Below, in pieces: positions 9,320 to 18,671 of a DNA stretch of 64,000 bases (positions are counted from its first letter, which is position 1; the number at the start of each line of letters is the position of its first letter). The stretch is from an uncultured virus (IMG/VR IMGVR_UViG_3300009784_000011). Lineage: Duplodnaviria; Heunggongvirae; Uroviricota; Caudoviricetes. The notes beneath the pieces were generated by a model. It saw nothing but the letters and a program-made list of their open reading frames with translations. It searched no databases and had not been told where the DNA came from. Location of the stretch: the IMG/VR virus record IMGVR_UViG_3300009784_000011, positions 1 to 64,000 of that record; one strand, given 5' to 3'. The translations under genes were made by a program, and so were the position numbers.

Positions 9320-9779
9320 CGTTCCAGTGGGCGCACGGCTGGGGTCCGAGCGGCTCTACGATGTGGACGCCGATGGCTGGCCGCGGCCATTCGAGTCGGC
9401 GCTGCGCTATGCAACGGCGGTGGCCGACACGTTGCCCGATGCCCCCGAGGAACCGCTGACCGAACCCGACGAGCCGCCGATTAGGCCCGAGGAGATCCCC
9501 GACTACATCCCCGACGCGCCGGAACGGCACCCGCCGATCGGGCTTCGCAACCACAGGCCCGCTCGCAAGGCTGTCAAACCCAAGCGCCGCAAACGTGCCC
9601 GGAAACAGGCGAACTGGCGTGAAATCCTGTCTACCCTCCTGGAGCTGTGCGGAATCGCCGCGCTGACGACTGGATCGTGGATGATCCGGGCGTGGCTCGG
9701 GGTATTGGTGCTGGGCACATGCCTAGTCTTAATGGGCATAGCTCTGTCTTTTGAGCCAGGGGGCCGAACTAGGGAGTGA
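9309..9779 (+). CDS. membrane protein between terL and portal
   Basis: Pro/acidic N-terminus, basic linker, two C-terminal hydrophobic helices. Confidence 0.65.
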   Translation: MTDDVPVGARLGSERLYDVDADGWPRPFESALRYATAVADTLPDAPEEPLTEPDEPPIRPEEIPDYIPDAPERHPPIGLRNHRPARKAVKPKRRKRARKQANWREILSTLLELCGIAALTTGSWMIRAWLGVLVLGTCLVLMGIALSFEPGGRTRE

Positions 9780-11140
9780 GCGTTCTCGCCCGACTGATGC
9801 CGCGCGGCGGCGCGATGGAGCGCCGCACGCTGGAAAGCTCTGCGTTCGTCCCACCCCCTCAAGTCGGTGTGATCGACGATTACGTCGGCGTACACCGGGC
9901 GATGAGCTCAATGACGGTGATGGCCTGCGTGCGGCTGCTCTCCGATACCATCGCCAGCCTGCCGTGGAAGGCATACCGCAAGGGCAAGGACGGCATCCCC
10001 GTCGAGGTCGACCCGCAGCCGGCGATCCTGCGCAGCCCGTTCCCCGGCTTCGACTTGTTTCAGTACAAGTGGATGATGGTGTCCTCGATGGCGTTGCGCG
10101 GCAACTTCTACGCCTACGTCACCAGCCGCGACGCCATGTTCCGGCCCACCGCGATCCTGCCTCTGCACCCCGACCTGATTTTTTTGGAGCGCCGACCCGA
10201 CATCCTGATGTGGATGGACCCCATCTACCGCATCATGGGCCAGCAGGTGCCCAGCCAGGACATGGTCCACATCCGGCGCTTCACGATGGCCGGCGAGCCG
10301 TGGGGCCTCTCCCCGGTCAAGCAGGCCGCGGCGGCGATCGGGATGAGCCTGGCCGCCGAGGAATACGGCTACCGCTATTTCCGCGAGTCGGCCAACCCTT
10401 CGGGCATGTTGATGACCGAGCAGAACCTGTCCGACGACGTGGTCAAGCGCCAGCAACAGCAGTGGATCGCCAGCCACGGTGGCCGCCGGCTGCCGGCGGT
10501 GCTCACCGGCGGCTTCAGCTTCAAGACGCTCACGATTGCGCCCAACGAGGCGCAGTTCCTAGAAACCCGTCAGTTCCAGCGGTCTGAGATCGCCATGATG
10601 TACGGGATACCGCCGCACATGATCGGCGACACCGAACGGTCCACCAGCTGGGGCACCGGCATCGAGCAGCAGTCCATTGGCGCGGTCACATTCACCTTCC
10701 GGTCCTGGGCCGCGCCGATTGAATCCGTGATGACCAACCTGCTGCCAACCGGCCAATATGTCCGGTTCGACTTCAACGAATTGACCCGAGGTGACATCAA
10801 AGCGCGCTACGACGCCTACGACCAGGCGATCCACTCCGGCTGGCTCAACGTCAACGAGGTTCGCCGCGACGAGCAACGGCCACCGATCGGACCTGATGGC
10901 GAAATCTACCTGCAGCCGGTCAACTACGCGCCGCTGGGCTTCACCCCGGTGGCAGCACCACCCAAGGCGCCGCCGGCCGTGCCCCCGAACTACCCCGAAG
11001 CTCCCGGGGTGAAAGAGCCACCCGGAAAGGCTGGGCCGCCGCAGCCGGGGAAGCCAAACGGTAAAGGCACCCGAGATGACATCGGTGAGTATTTCGGGCG
11101 CCTATATCCGTGGCTTGACCCAGAGAATCAGCGAGGATAA
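9776..11140 (+). CDS. HK97-family portal protein
   Basis: VMACVRLLSDTIASLP, LRGNFY, GLSPV, EAQFLETRQFQRSEIAMMYGIPPHMIG, GWLNVNEVR. Confidence 0.95.
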   Translation: MSVLARLMPRGGAMERRTLESSAFVPPPQVGVIDDYVGVHRAMSSMTVMACVRLLSDTIASLPWKAYRKGKDGIPVEVDPQPAILRSPFPGFDLFQYKWMMVSSMALRGNFYAYVTSRDAMFRPTAILPLHPDLIFLERRPDILMWMDPIYRIMGQQVPSQDMVHIRRFTMAGEPWGLSPVKQAAAAIGMSLAAEEYGYRYFRESANPSGMLMTEQNLSDDVVKRQQQQWIASHGGRRLPAVLTGGFSFKTLTIAPNEAQFLETRQFQRSEIAMMYGIPPHMIGDTERSTSWGTGIEQQSIGAVTFTFRSWAAPIESVMTNLLPTGQYVRFDFNELTRGDIKARYDAYDQAIHSGWLNVNEVRRDEQRPPIGPDGEIYLQPVNYAPLGFTPVAAPPKAPPAVPPNYPEAPGVKEPPGKAGPPQPGKPNGKGTRDDIGEYFGRLYPWLDPENQRG

Positions 11141-11144
11141 AGGG

Positions 11145-13325
11145 ATGGACCACAGTAATCGCGCCCGCCTGATCGACGTCCCGGAGCGCCGCACCCTCGC
11201 GATGCCACCGGAGTTGCGTAAAGACCCGGGCACCGGGCAGCTGGTGATGAGCGGCTACGCCGCGACGTGGGACCCCTACGACTGCTACGGCGGACCCGAC
11301 CACGGCGGGTGGGTGGAGAAGCTGGAACGGGCCGCGTTCGAGCGCACCCTTGACGAGAAGCCCGACATGATGCTGCTGGTCAACCACGAGGGACTGCCGC
11401 TGGCGCGCACCAAGAGCGGCACGCTGCAACTTGACACCGACCGGCGAGGTCTGACGATGCGCGCGATGCTCGATCCCGACGACCCCGACGTGCAGCGGCT
11501 GATCCCGAAGATGAAGCGCAAAGACCTCAACGAGATGAGTTTTTCGTTCCGGGTCAAAGATCAGGCGTGGAACAGCGATTACAGCCACCGCACGATAACT
11601 GAACTATCACTTCAGAAAGGGGACGTGTCGATTGTCAATTACGGCATGAACCCCAACACCCATGCGATCATGGGCGTGGAATCGCTGGCACGCGCGGACG
11701 GGAGCGCACTGATGGAGGTCCGGCGCCTGGACCGCACCGTGCTGGCCGGGGCGATGGCCAACCTGCGCCGCGCCTGGCGTGCCAACGAGGAACCCGAGCA
11801 CTGCCCCGGTGGCGCGGATTGCATGGGCGCGATGTGCCCCGACCACGGCGAGAAGGCCGGCAAGCGCCAGTCCACGCTGGTCAACTTCGATGGCGGTCAC
11901 TTGCTGCACGGCGGGGAGTGCCTGACGTGTGCGGGGGCCCGCGCCAAGACGCCGTCCCAGTACGGCAACGTCGACTACGCCGACCCCGGCTACCTGGACA
12001 GCTCGGGCAAGCAGGCCAAGGGCGGCAACGGCGTCAAGCGGTACCCGATAGATAAGACCCACGTCAAAGCGGCGTGGAGCTATATCAACATGCCCAAGAA
12101 CCAGAAGGGCTACACGCCAAGCCAGCTGGCGTCGATCAAGAACAAGATCAAGGCTGCCATGAAGAAGTTCGGGCACGATACCGACGACAGCGACTCCAAG
12201 AGCCTGCAGACCGTGGTCGATATCGACCGGGTCGAGGGCGTGCGAACCGCAACCGGCGGCCTGGCGCTGGTGGCCGTGATGACCGATGGGTCGCGCACCC
12301 CGCTGCCGTCCTTGCAGGACACTTCCAGCCCGATTTCGGGCGTTCCCAGGATGCGCAAGACCGACAACTCGGTCACCGGGTCGGGCAAGGTCAGCGGAAC
12401 GCGCGTGCCGGTCAAGGACGAGGGCGAGGACGACCCCGACGAGTTCGGCGAGCCGATCAAGGCCAGTATGCAGAACTGGAAGGACGACGAGGGCCCGAAC
12501 GACCCGCACAACGAGCCCTACAAGGCACCGGGTCGCACCGGGCCGGGACAGGCCACCGACAATTCGGTGCTGGACGCCAAGCCCAAGACCAAGGACACCG
12601 ACTTCTACGACATCTGGCCGGAGTATTCGCCCAACGATCCGCACGACGACCCGTATGACGCGCCCAGCGACGAGGGTGACAAAGACCCCGACGAGCTGCA
12701 CGGCGACCCGGCCCCCGAGCCGAGCCCCGCAGTCGGCACGGCGTTTCGGCAGGGCACCGGCCCGCGGCTGGGTGGTCACGACATTCCCACCACCGACCAT
12801 CCGTACAGCGACGATATCGGCACCGAGCCCTCCGGTGATGCCTATGGCCCGCAGAAGGAGATGGACGACGAGGCCGTCGAGGACGAGCACCACGCCAAGA
12901 CCACCAGCACCTCCAAGGAGTGGATGGAGGGCAGCGCGGCCGAGGACCCGTGGGGCAAGCGCGAGCTGCCCGAGGACAATCCCGACTTCGACGACCCGGT
13001 GAAGATCCACGCCACTGCGCGCCGCGAAGGCAAGAAGCCGCCGACCGATCCCGATGACCCGGAGTACGAGAATGAGCGCCAAGACGGCGAGTCCGAGGCC
13101 GCCCCGGACTTCGGCGGCGGCGAGGATGGCGAGTCCGATTCCGACATGTCCGACGACATGGACGACGCCACGACAGGAGATGGCGGCGATGGCGGCGGCC
13201 TGGGCGAGATGTATTCCTACCAGCCCAGCGTGACCGAGCACCTGCAGCGACTACGACGCAATGCCGAGCTGCCCGACCTGCCGACGCTTGCTGAGGCGGC
13301 GGCGTACCTGCACCAGCTGGGCTAG
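11145..13325 (+). CDS. HK97-type prohead protease with long C-terminal extension
   Basis: GYAATWD...AFERTL...LLVNHEGLPLARTKSGTL...MSFSFRV...VSIVNYGMNP protease domain, then Cys/His cluster, YADPG...RYPID..HVKAAWSY domain and acidic tail. Confidence 0.88.
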   Translation: MDHSNRARLIDVPERRTLAMPPELRKDPGTGQLVMSGYAATWDPYDCYGGPDHGGWVEKLERAAFERTLDEKPDMMLLVNHEGLPLARTKSGTLQLDTDRRGLTMRAMLDPDDPDVQRLIPKMKRKDLNEMSFSFRVKDQAWNSDYSHRTITELSLQKGDVSIVNYGMNPNTHAIMGVESLARADGSALMEVRRLDRTVLAGAMANLRRAWRANEEPEHCPGGADCMGAMCPDHGEKAGKRQSTLVNFDGGHLLHGGECLTCAGARAKTPSQYGNVDYADPGYLDSSGKQAKGGNGVKRYPIDKTHVKAAWSYINMPKNQKGYTPSQLASIKNKIKAAMKKFGHDTDDSDSKSLQTVVDIDRVEGVRTATGGLALVAVMTDGSRTPLPSLQDTSSPISGVPRMRKTDNSVTGSGKVSGTRVPVKDEGEDDPDEFGEPIKASMQNWKDDEGPNDPHNEPYKAPGRTGPGQATDNSVLDAKPKTKDTDFYDIWPEYSPNDPHDDPYDAPSDEGDKDPDELHGDPAPEPSPAVGTAFRQGTGPRLGGHDIPTTDHPYSDDIGTEPSGDAYGPQKEMDDEAVEDEHHAKTTSTSKEWMEGSAAEDPWGKRELPEDNPDFDDPVKIHATARREGKKPPTDPDDPEYENERQDGESEAAPDFGGGEDGESDSDMSDDMDDATTGDGGDGGGLGEMYSYQPSVTEHLQRLRRNAELPDLPTLAEAAAYLHQLG

Positions 13326-13327
13326 TT

Positions 13328-14680
13328 ATGATCGTCGGTGTCGGTACGGGCCGCTCAGGCACCTTGACGTTGGCACTATTGCTGGATGGTTGTCAGAACA
13401 TCCGGTGCGTGCATGAGTCCGAGCCGCTGTTGCCGTGGGAGATCGACGGCCGCGCCTACAAGGACAAGCTCGCCGAGATCAAGGCCGAGCCGGGCCGCGC
13501 CGAGGTCGGCTTCTACTGGCTGAACTACCTGCGGCCACTGCTCAAGGACGTTCCCGACGTGCGGATCGTGGCCACCCGGCGCGACCCGGTGAAGACCGCC
13601 GAGTCCTTCGCGGCCTACATGGGCCCCAAGCGCAACCACTGGCTGGATCACAAGGGTGTGGGCTGGGAGCTCGACCCGCTGTTCGACGACTGTTACCCCA
13701 CCTACGAGATACGCGACCGCCACCAGGCGATCGTGCGCTACTGCACCGAGTACAACGCCGAGGTGGACCGGCTGCGGCGCAAGTACCCCTCCCAGGTGCT
13801 GGTGGTCAAGACCGAAGACCTGGGCACCATCGCCACCCAGCAGAAGATTTTCGAGCACTGCGGCATCCCCAAGTCCGATCGCTGCTATGTCGCCGGCATC
13901 CACCACAACAAGCGCAAGGAAACCCGCGACCAGCAAGACGAGCTGGACCTCACGGCGCTGTCGACCACCGGGGACTCTCAGCGCATCCCGCTCTACGTCG
14001 GCACCTACCGCAAGCGCAAGCACATCGAGACCTGCCTGCGCAGCATCGACGCCAACGTCAAGGGCTACGACGAGATCATCTTCCTCGACGACTCCGGCGA
14101 CCGGCTGCACACCAAGTGGCTCCTGCAGTACGGGCAGGTGGTGGCACTGCCCAAAGTCGGGCACAGCGTCGCGATGCGGGCACTGTGCGCGCACGCCAAC
14201 GGGCGCCAGCTGGCCTGGATCGAGGAGGACTTCGAGATCACTGGCTCGATGGACCTCACTGAGATGAGCGAGCACCTCTACCACCGGCCCTACCTGGCGC
14301 AGATCGCGCTGCTGCGCCAGCCGTTGTGGGCCGACGAGAAGCGCCTCGGCGGCGTGCTGGAGGCGGTGGCCGCCAACGGCTGGGCGGTGCGCTATGTGCT
14401 GGGGCTGTGGGAATCGCGTGGGTGGTTCACCTGCAACCCCTCCCTGTGGCGCGGGCATGTCACCGAGCTGGGCTGGCCCAATCCCAAGCGGGTGGCCGGG
14501 CGCGACTACAGCAGCGAATGGATCAAGAGCAAAGAACTGCGCGAACTGTTCATGGGCGAGAAGCTGCCCTCGGACTGGATGGCGCCGATCAGCGAAAAGG
14601 AGCCGCGTGGCTACTCGTTCGGATTCCTCGACGGCATCCGGTGTCACCACTGGGGACACCGGGAGGGCCACGGCTATTAA
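13328..14680 (+). CDS. sulfotransferase-like / GT2 glycosyltransferase fusion
   Basis: N-terminal GTGRSGT PAPS-loop, HE and RRDP..TAES motifs; C-terminal VGTYRK...CLRSI...IIFLDDSG...WIEEDF GT-A fold. Confidence 0.75.
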   Translation: MIVGVGTGRSGTLTLALLLDGCQNIRCVHESEPLLPWEIDGRAYKDKLAEIKAEPGRAEVGFYWLNYLRPLLKDVPDVRIVATRRDPVKTAESFAAYMGPKRNHWLDHKGVGWELDPLFDDCYPTYEIRDRHQAIVRYCTEYNAEVDRLRRKYPSQVLVVKTEDLGTIATQQKIFEHCGIPKSDRCYVAGIHHNKRKETRDQQDELDLTALSTTGDSQRIPLYVGTYRKRKHIETCLRSIDANVKGYDEIIFLDDSGDRLHTKWLLQYGQVVALPKVGHSVAMRALCAHANGRQLAWIEEDFEITGSMDLTEMSEHLYHRPYLAQIALLRQPLWADEKRLGGVLEAVAANGWAVRYVLGLWESRGWFTCNPSLWRGHVTELGWPNPKRVAGRDYSSEWIKSKELRELFMGEKLPSDWMAPISEKEPRGYSFGFLDGIRCHHWGHREGHGY

Positions 14681-14726
14681 CCGGCGTCGGCTCAAGGACC
14701 GTCATCGCCAGCTTTGCGACGGGTCG

Positions 14727-14840
14727 ATGGCGGTCCCCACGGAGTACGAGGACGACGAGTACGCGATCTGCCTGGCCTGCGGCCGGCGGCTGTGGGTCGG
14801 GCGCAACGGCAAGATTCCCAACCATTGGCCGTCGAAGTGA
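14727..14840 (+). CDS. small zinc-ribbon-like peptide
   Basis: MAVPTEYEDDEYAICLACGRRLWVGRNGKIPNHWPSK; GTGA overlap with next gene. Confidence 0.45.
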   Translation: MAVPTEYEDDEYAICLACGRRLWVGRNGKIPNHWPSK

Positions 14841-15520
14841 AGCCCTCGGTGCAGGTGGTCATCCCTTGGCGGCCCAGTCCCGAGCGGATGGCCGCCTTCG
14901 AGCGGACCATGCAGTTCTGGAACTACGTCGGCTGGCCGGTGGTGTTCGGCGACTCGCCGGCCGACAAGCCGTTCTCGCTGGCCCAGGCCCGTAACCGCGG
15001 GGTGGCCAAGACCTCGGCGCAGATCGTGGTGGTGTCCGACGCCGACACCATCCCCACGCTGCAGAACGTGGTGCGCGCGGTCGATGATCCCGGTCCCGGT
15101 GTGACCTGGGTGTTTAGCCACTACCGGCGTATCCACCAGGACTGGGTGGACAAGCCCGACCTGATGGGCGCCCCGCTGATCGAGAGCTGGGAGAACGGAC
15201 TGGGCGGCTGCTATGTCTGCAAGCGGTCCACCTACTTCTACATCGGCGGCACCGATCCCCGGTTCATCGAGTGGGGCTTCGAGGACACCTCGATGTATGC
15301 GGTGGCCTCCACGCTGGCCCAGGCCCGCCGGATGCCGGGCGTGATCTTTAGCTTTGAGCACGACGGCGGTTGGACCAAGCGCGGCAACCAGGCCAACCGG
15401 CCGCTGTTCACGCCGTATTACAGCGCGCGGCGCAAGCCGTGGATGATGCGTGCGCTGCTGCGCCAGCGCGCACAGGCCGACCCCACCGACCCGGCCAACA
15501 TCTACTGGGGACGCCGGTGA
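14837..15520 (+). CDS. glycosyltransferase (GT-A; galactosyltransferase-like C-terminus)
   Basis: VVIPWR, FSLAQARNRGV, SDAD (DxD), GGTDPRFIEWGFED. Confidence 0.85.
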   Translation: MKPSVQVVIPWRPSPERMAAFERTMQFWNYVGWPVVFGDSPADKPFSLAQARNRGVAKTSAQIVVVSDADTIPTLQNVVRAVDDPGPGVTWVFSHYRRIHQDWVDKPDLMGAPLIESWENGLGGCYVCKRSTYFYIGGTDPRFIEWGFEDTSMYAVASTLAQARRMPGVIFSFEHDGGWTKRGNQANRPLFTPYYSARRKPWMMRALLRQRAQADPTDPANIYWGRR

Positions 15521-15687
15521 GCGATGTCATTCCCAATGATGGCCGCTACATCGTTGTCCGCACCGGCCAGCCGGAGGTCTTACTGGTGGCCTGCGCGGAG
15601 TGCGGTGTGCTGCTGTGGGACATCGACGCGCACTACAAACACGCACATTTCGTTCCACCCCATCCACCGCGCGGCGTGTCGCACTAA
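15517..15687 (+). CDS. small zinc-finger-like protein
   Basis: VACAECGVLL...HYKHAH; GTGA overlap. Confidence 0.5.
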   Translation: MSDVIPNDGRYIVVRTGQPEVLLVACAECGVLLWDIDAHYKHAHFVPPHPPRGVSH

Positions 15688-15835
15688 TCGCCGCGGGCGC
15701 CGTGGTAACACTGTTTCTCACGGAATCGCGTAGATAAAGCCGGCACGGCTGAAGCCGCGACTCCCACCCTGGCACAGGGGCCCTGATTGATCAGCGCCCT
15801 GTTCCGGGCGCTGAATTCCGAGTTAAGGGAATGAA

Positions 15836-17323
15836 ATGCCCGAGTTGCTAGAGGAGCGAGATCCGCTCAATCCGGCCGGGGGCATGGAGGCGTACCTCAA
15901 ACGTATGCTCCAGCGCCGGGCTCAATTAGTCCGACAGCGCGAGGCGTTGCAGGAGAAGGCCGAGGCCGTCCTGCTCGAAGCGCGCAGTGCGGGCCGCGAC
16001 CAGCTTGGTCCTGAGGAAGATTCCGAGCTGCGCAAGTACACCAAGCAGATGAAGGCCCTGGGCGCCGACATTGCCGGCCTCGACGAGCGTATCGAGGAAA
16101 CCCGGCAAGAGGTCGAGCGCACCGGCTCCATCAGCAAGAACCTCGCCAAGATTCGGCAGGCCGAGACTGCGGTCACCCGGGTCCGTGAGATGGCGGTCTA
16201 CCAGCAGGGTGACAAGCGCCGGTCCTATATGCAGGACTTGGTGAAGATGAGCCTCAACCTGGACGCCACCGGCGAGTGCCGGGAACGCCTGATGCGGCAC
16301 GCACAGGACGTTGCCACCAGCGATGACTACCGGGAGTTCCGCGACATCGACCGGGTTGACGGTACCGGCGGTTACGCCGTGCCGCCCGTCTGGCTGATGA
16401 ATCAGTACATCGAGTTGGCACGTCCGGGCCGGGCGTTCGCCAACCTGGTGCAGCGCCAGCCACTACCCGGCGGTACGGACTCGATCAACATCCCCAAGCT
16501 GTTGACCGGGACCGCGGTCGGTATGCAGACCGACAACCAGGACGTCACCGAGGTGGACCTGACGGACACCTTCGTGAACGCTCCGGTACGCACCATCGCC
16601 GGCCAGCAAGGGCTCGCCATCCAGTTGATCGACCAGTCGCCCATCGCGTTCGACGACGTGGTGTTCCGCGACCTGGTGGCCGCGCACGCCGCCGCTGTGG
16701 ACCAACAGGTTCTACAGGGCGACGGCACAGGCGGGCTTGGCCCGGGCAACCAGGCCGGCGGCCAGGTGCTCGGCGTGGACTACACCCCGGGGATTCTCAC
16801 AGTGGCAGCCGCCACGGTGGACATCCAGGGCGTGTACTCCGCGATCGCCAACGCCATCCAGCAAGTGCACACCACGCGTTTCCTGCCGCCCGAGGTGATC
16901 GTCATGCACCCGCGGCGATGGGGCTGGTTCCTGAGCCTGCTGGACACCACGCAGCGCCCGCTGTTCCTGCCCAGCGCCAACAGCCCGATGAACATCGGCG
17001 GTCTGTTGACTGCGGTGGCAAGCCAGCAGGTGGTCGGCCAGATGCACGGCCTGCCGGTGGTCACCGACCCGAACATCTCCACTGGGACGCCGCCTACCGG
17101 CGCACCGTTGGGGACGCCGGGCGATGGCGAGGACACCATCTACGTCGCACGCGTGAGCGACTTGGTTCTGTGGGAGGGTGGCATCCGCGCTCGCGTGCTG
17201 CCGGAAACCCGCGCACAGACCCTGACAGTCCTCCTGCAAATCTATTCGTACATCGCGTTCAGCGCAGGGCGGTATCCACAGTCCGTCGCGGTCATAACAG
17301 GTTTGACCCCACCGACCTTCTGA
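15836..17323 (+). CDS. major capsid protein (HK97 fold, N-terminal coiled-coil scaffold domain)
   Basis: Coiled-coil N-terminus, GGYAVPP, VDQQVLQGDG, IVMHPRRW, GLPVVTDPN. Confidence 0.93.
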   Translation: MPELLEERDPLNPAGGMEAYLKRMLQRRAQLVRQREALQEKAEAVLLEARSAGRDQLGPEEDSELRKYTKQMKALGADIAGLDERIEETRQEVERTGSISKNLAKIRQAETAVTRVREMAVYQQGDKRRSYMQDLVKMSLNLDATGECRERLMRHAQDVATSDDYREFRDIDRVDGTGGYAVPPVWLMNQYIELARPGRAFANLVQRQPLPGGTDSINIPKLLTGTAVGMQTDNQDVTEVDLTDTFVNAPVRTIAGQQGLAIQLIDQSPIAFDDVVFRDLVAAHAAAVDQQVLQGDGTGGLGPGNQAGGQVLGVDYTPGILTVAAATVDIQGVYSAIANAIQQVHTTRFLPPEVIVMHPRRWGWFLSLLDTTQRPLFLPSANSPMNIGGLLTAVASQQVVGQMHGLPVVTDPNISTGTPPTGAPLGTPGDGEDTIYVARVSDLVLWEGGIRARVLPETRAQTLTVLLQIYSYIAFSAGRYPQSVAVITGLTPPTF

Positions 17324-17351
17324 CCTGCGGTTTTACAACTAAATAGCCTCA

Positions 17352-17400
17352 AACAGCAAACTCCCCGGTAGTCAATCAGACTCCGGGGAGTTTGCTTGTT
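17352..17400 (+). terminator. long hairpin after capsid gene (probable terminator)
   Basis: AGCAAACTCCCCGG...CCGGGGAGTTTGCT inverted repeat with inner AGTC/GACT stem. Confidence 0.75.
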
Positions 17401-17472
17401 AGCAAACCTCCCAGCAAACCGATTGCGTTGTGGGACACAAAATTGTCGCAGCCCGCTGTTAAGTTGCGCGGC

Positions 17473-18165
17473 ATGGATGATTCCCTGTTCTCGTACAGCG
17501 ACCTTGATCCAGACCAACGAATCCCAGTGTGGGGGCCAGAGGGTCTGTTGCCACTGGGATTAGATGATCCTGACGTCGCGGCCGAGGGCATCCACTTCTG
17601 TCATAAGTGCAACAGAGTGAAGTTGCACTCGGAGTTCTACATTCGGCCAGGAAGTGGCCGAGTTCAATTCCCCTGCTCGGACTGTATAAGGGAGTACCAG
17701 AAGCGATACGCCGGAAACGATGAGTTCAATGCTCACCGACGAAAGCAATATGCGAATGACCCCGAGAAGCAGGCGAAGAATCGCGAGCGCCACCAACGCC
17801 TAATGCTCGATCCCGCATACCGGGCAGCGCAAGTGGAGAGGGTCAAGAAATGGGTCGATTCCAATCCCCTTCGCCGCTGGGCGACTCAGCTCAGCAGGTA
17901 CAGCATCACGCCTGATGATTACGAAAAAATCTTCGCGGCGCAGGGAAGCGTCTGTGCAGGATGCTTAGCTCCCCCGAACGGCAGGAAGCTGGCTGTGGAT
18001 CATAACCACCGGTGCTGCGACGGCGACTTCTCATGCGGGGCGTGCATCCGCGGCCTGCTATGCGATACCTGCAATCGCCGGATCTTGGGTAATGCGGAGA
18101 AGAATCGCACCGTCGAAGAAGCAACTGCGGTGCTGCGTAGGCTGGCTGACTATCTGGAGGCTTGA
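17473..18165 (+). CDS. endonuclease VII-domain protein (probable free-standing homing endonuclease)
   Basis: YSITPDDYEKIFAAQGSVCAGC...LAVDHNH...IRGLLCDTCNRRILG; N-terminal CxxC pairs; ATG 7 nt after TAAGTT -10 box; more AT-rich than flanks. Confidence 0.88.
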   Translation: MDDSLFSYSDLDPDQRIPVWGPEGLLPLGLDDPDVAAEGIHFCHKCNRVKLHSEFYIRPGSGRVQFPCSDCIREYQKRYAGNDEFNAHRRKQYANDPEKQAKNRERHQRLMLDPAYRAAQVERVKKWVDSNPLRRWATQLSRYSITPDDYEKIFAAQGSVCAGCLAPPNGRKLAVDHNHRCCDGDFSCGACIRGLLCDTCNRRILGNAEKNRTVEEATAVLRRLADYLEA

Positions 18166-18189
18166 CGCCGCCTACGTTCTGACCTGCGG
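18159..18189 (+). repeat. recoded duplicate of capsid gene 3' end (GLTPPTF-stop + CCTGCGG)
   Basis: ggc ttg acg ccg cct acg ttc tga cctgcgg vs ggt ttg acc cca ccg acc ttc tga cctgcgg at 17300-17330. Confidence 0.85.
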
Positions 18190-18197
18190 AAACGCTG

Positions 18198-18235
18198 AAA
18201 ACTGGCCGCCACGATCAAGTGGCGGCCAGTTTTTT
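18198..18235 (+). terminator. rho-independent terminator
   Basis: AAAACTGGCCGCCAC-GATCAA-GTGGCGGCCAGTTTTTT. Confidence 0.9.
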
Positions 18236-18260
18236 GTGTGGCTACCGATACCCTTAACTC

Positions 18261-18647
18261 ATGGCCGCGCCCGTTCCCAACCGCTGGGCCAACGATCCCC
18301 ACCCGCGCGGCGTCCCATTACTGCCAGCGCCCCCGCCAGTCTGGGACCCGTGTAGTCACGGTGGCGACCTGGCGGTACACGGCACCGGAGAGTGCGCTGA
18401 CTCCGCCAACCCCGCCACCGCTGTCACGGCCGAGGTTCGCTGGATGGCCGATCCCGGCCTGGGCCCCGAACCGGCCCGTGCCGCGTCAGTGCTCTATATC
18501 GCCAGCCTGGCCGCGGCCGGCAGCGGGGCGACGTTCTTTGCCCGCGACGCGATGTTCGGCGACGTGGAGCCGGTACTGCAAACCGCGCCGACGCCCACGA
18601 TGGGCAAGCTGCTGTTCTTCCCCACGGATCACAAGCGCCTCGGCTGA
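18261..18647 (+). CDS. hypothetical protein (head region)
   Basis: 128-aa ORF; ATG 6 nt after TACCCT -10-like box. Confidence 0.6.
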   Translation: MAAPVPNRWANDPHPRGVPLLPAPPPVWDPCSHGGDLAVHGTGECADSANPATAVTAEVRWMADPGLGPEPARAASVLYIASLAAAGSGATFFARDAMFGDVEPVLQTAPTPTMGKLLFFPTDHKRLG

Positions 18648-18671
18648 ACATCGACACGGACAGACCAGCCG

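Noticed and set aside
11607..13241. 544-aa minus-strand ORF (likewise 13376-14695, 28880-30367, 42857-44725, 57758-59158)
   Set aside because: Antisense shadows of GC-rich genes with strong codon bias; no motifs or RBS.
17324..18158. Group I intron in the capsid gene
   Set aside because: The capsid ORF is complete before the insert, is followed by a terminator-like hairpin, and I could not see intron core elements.
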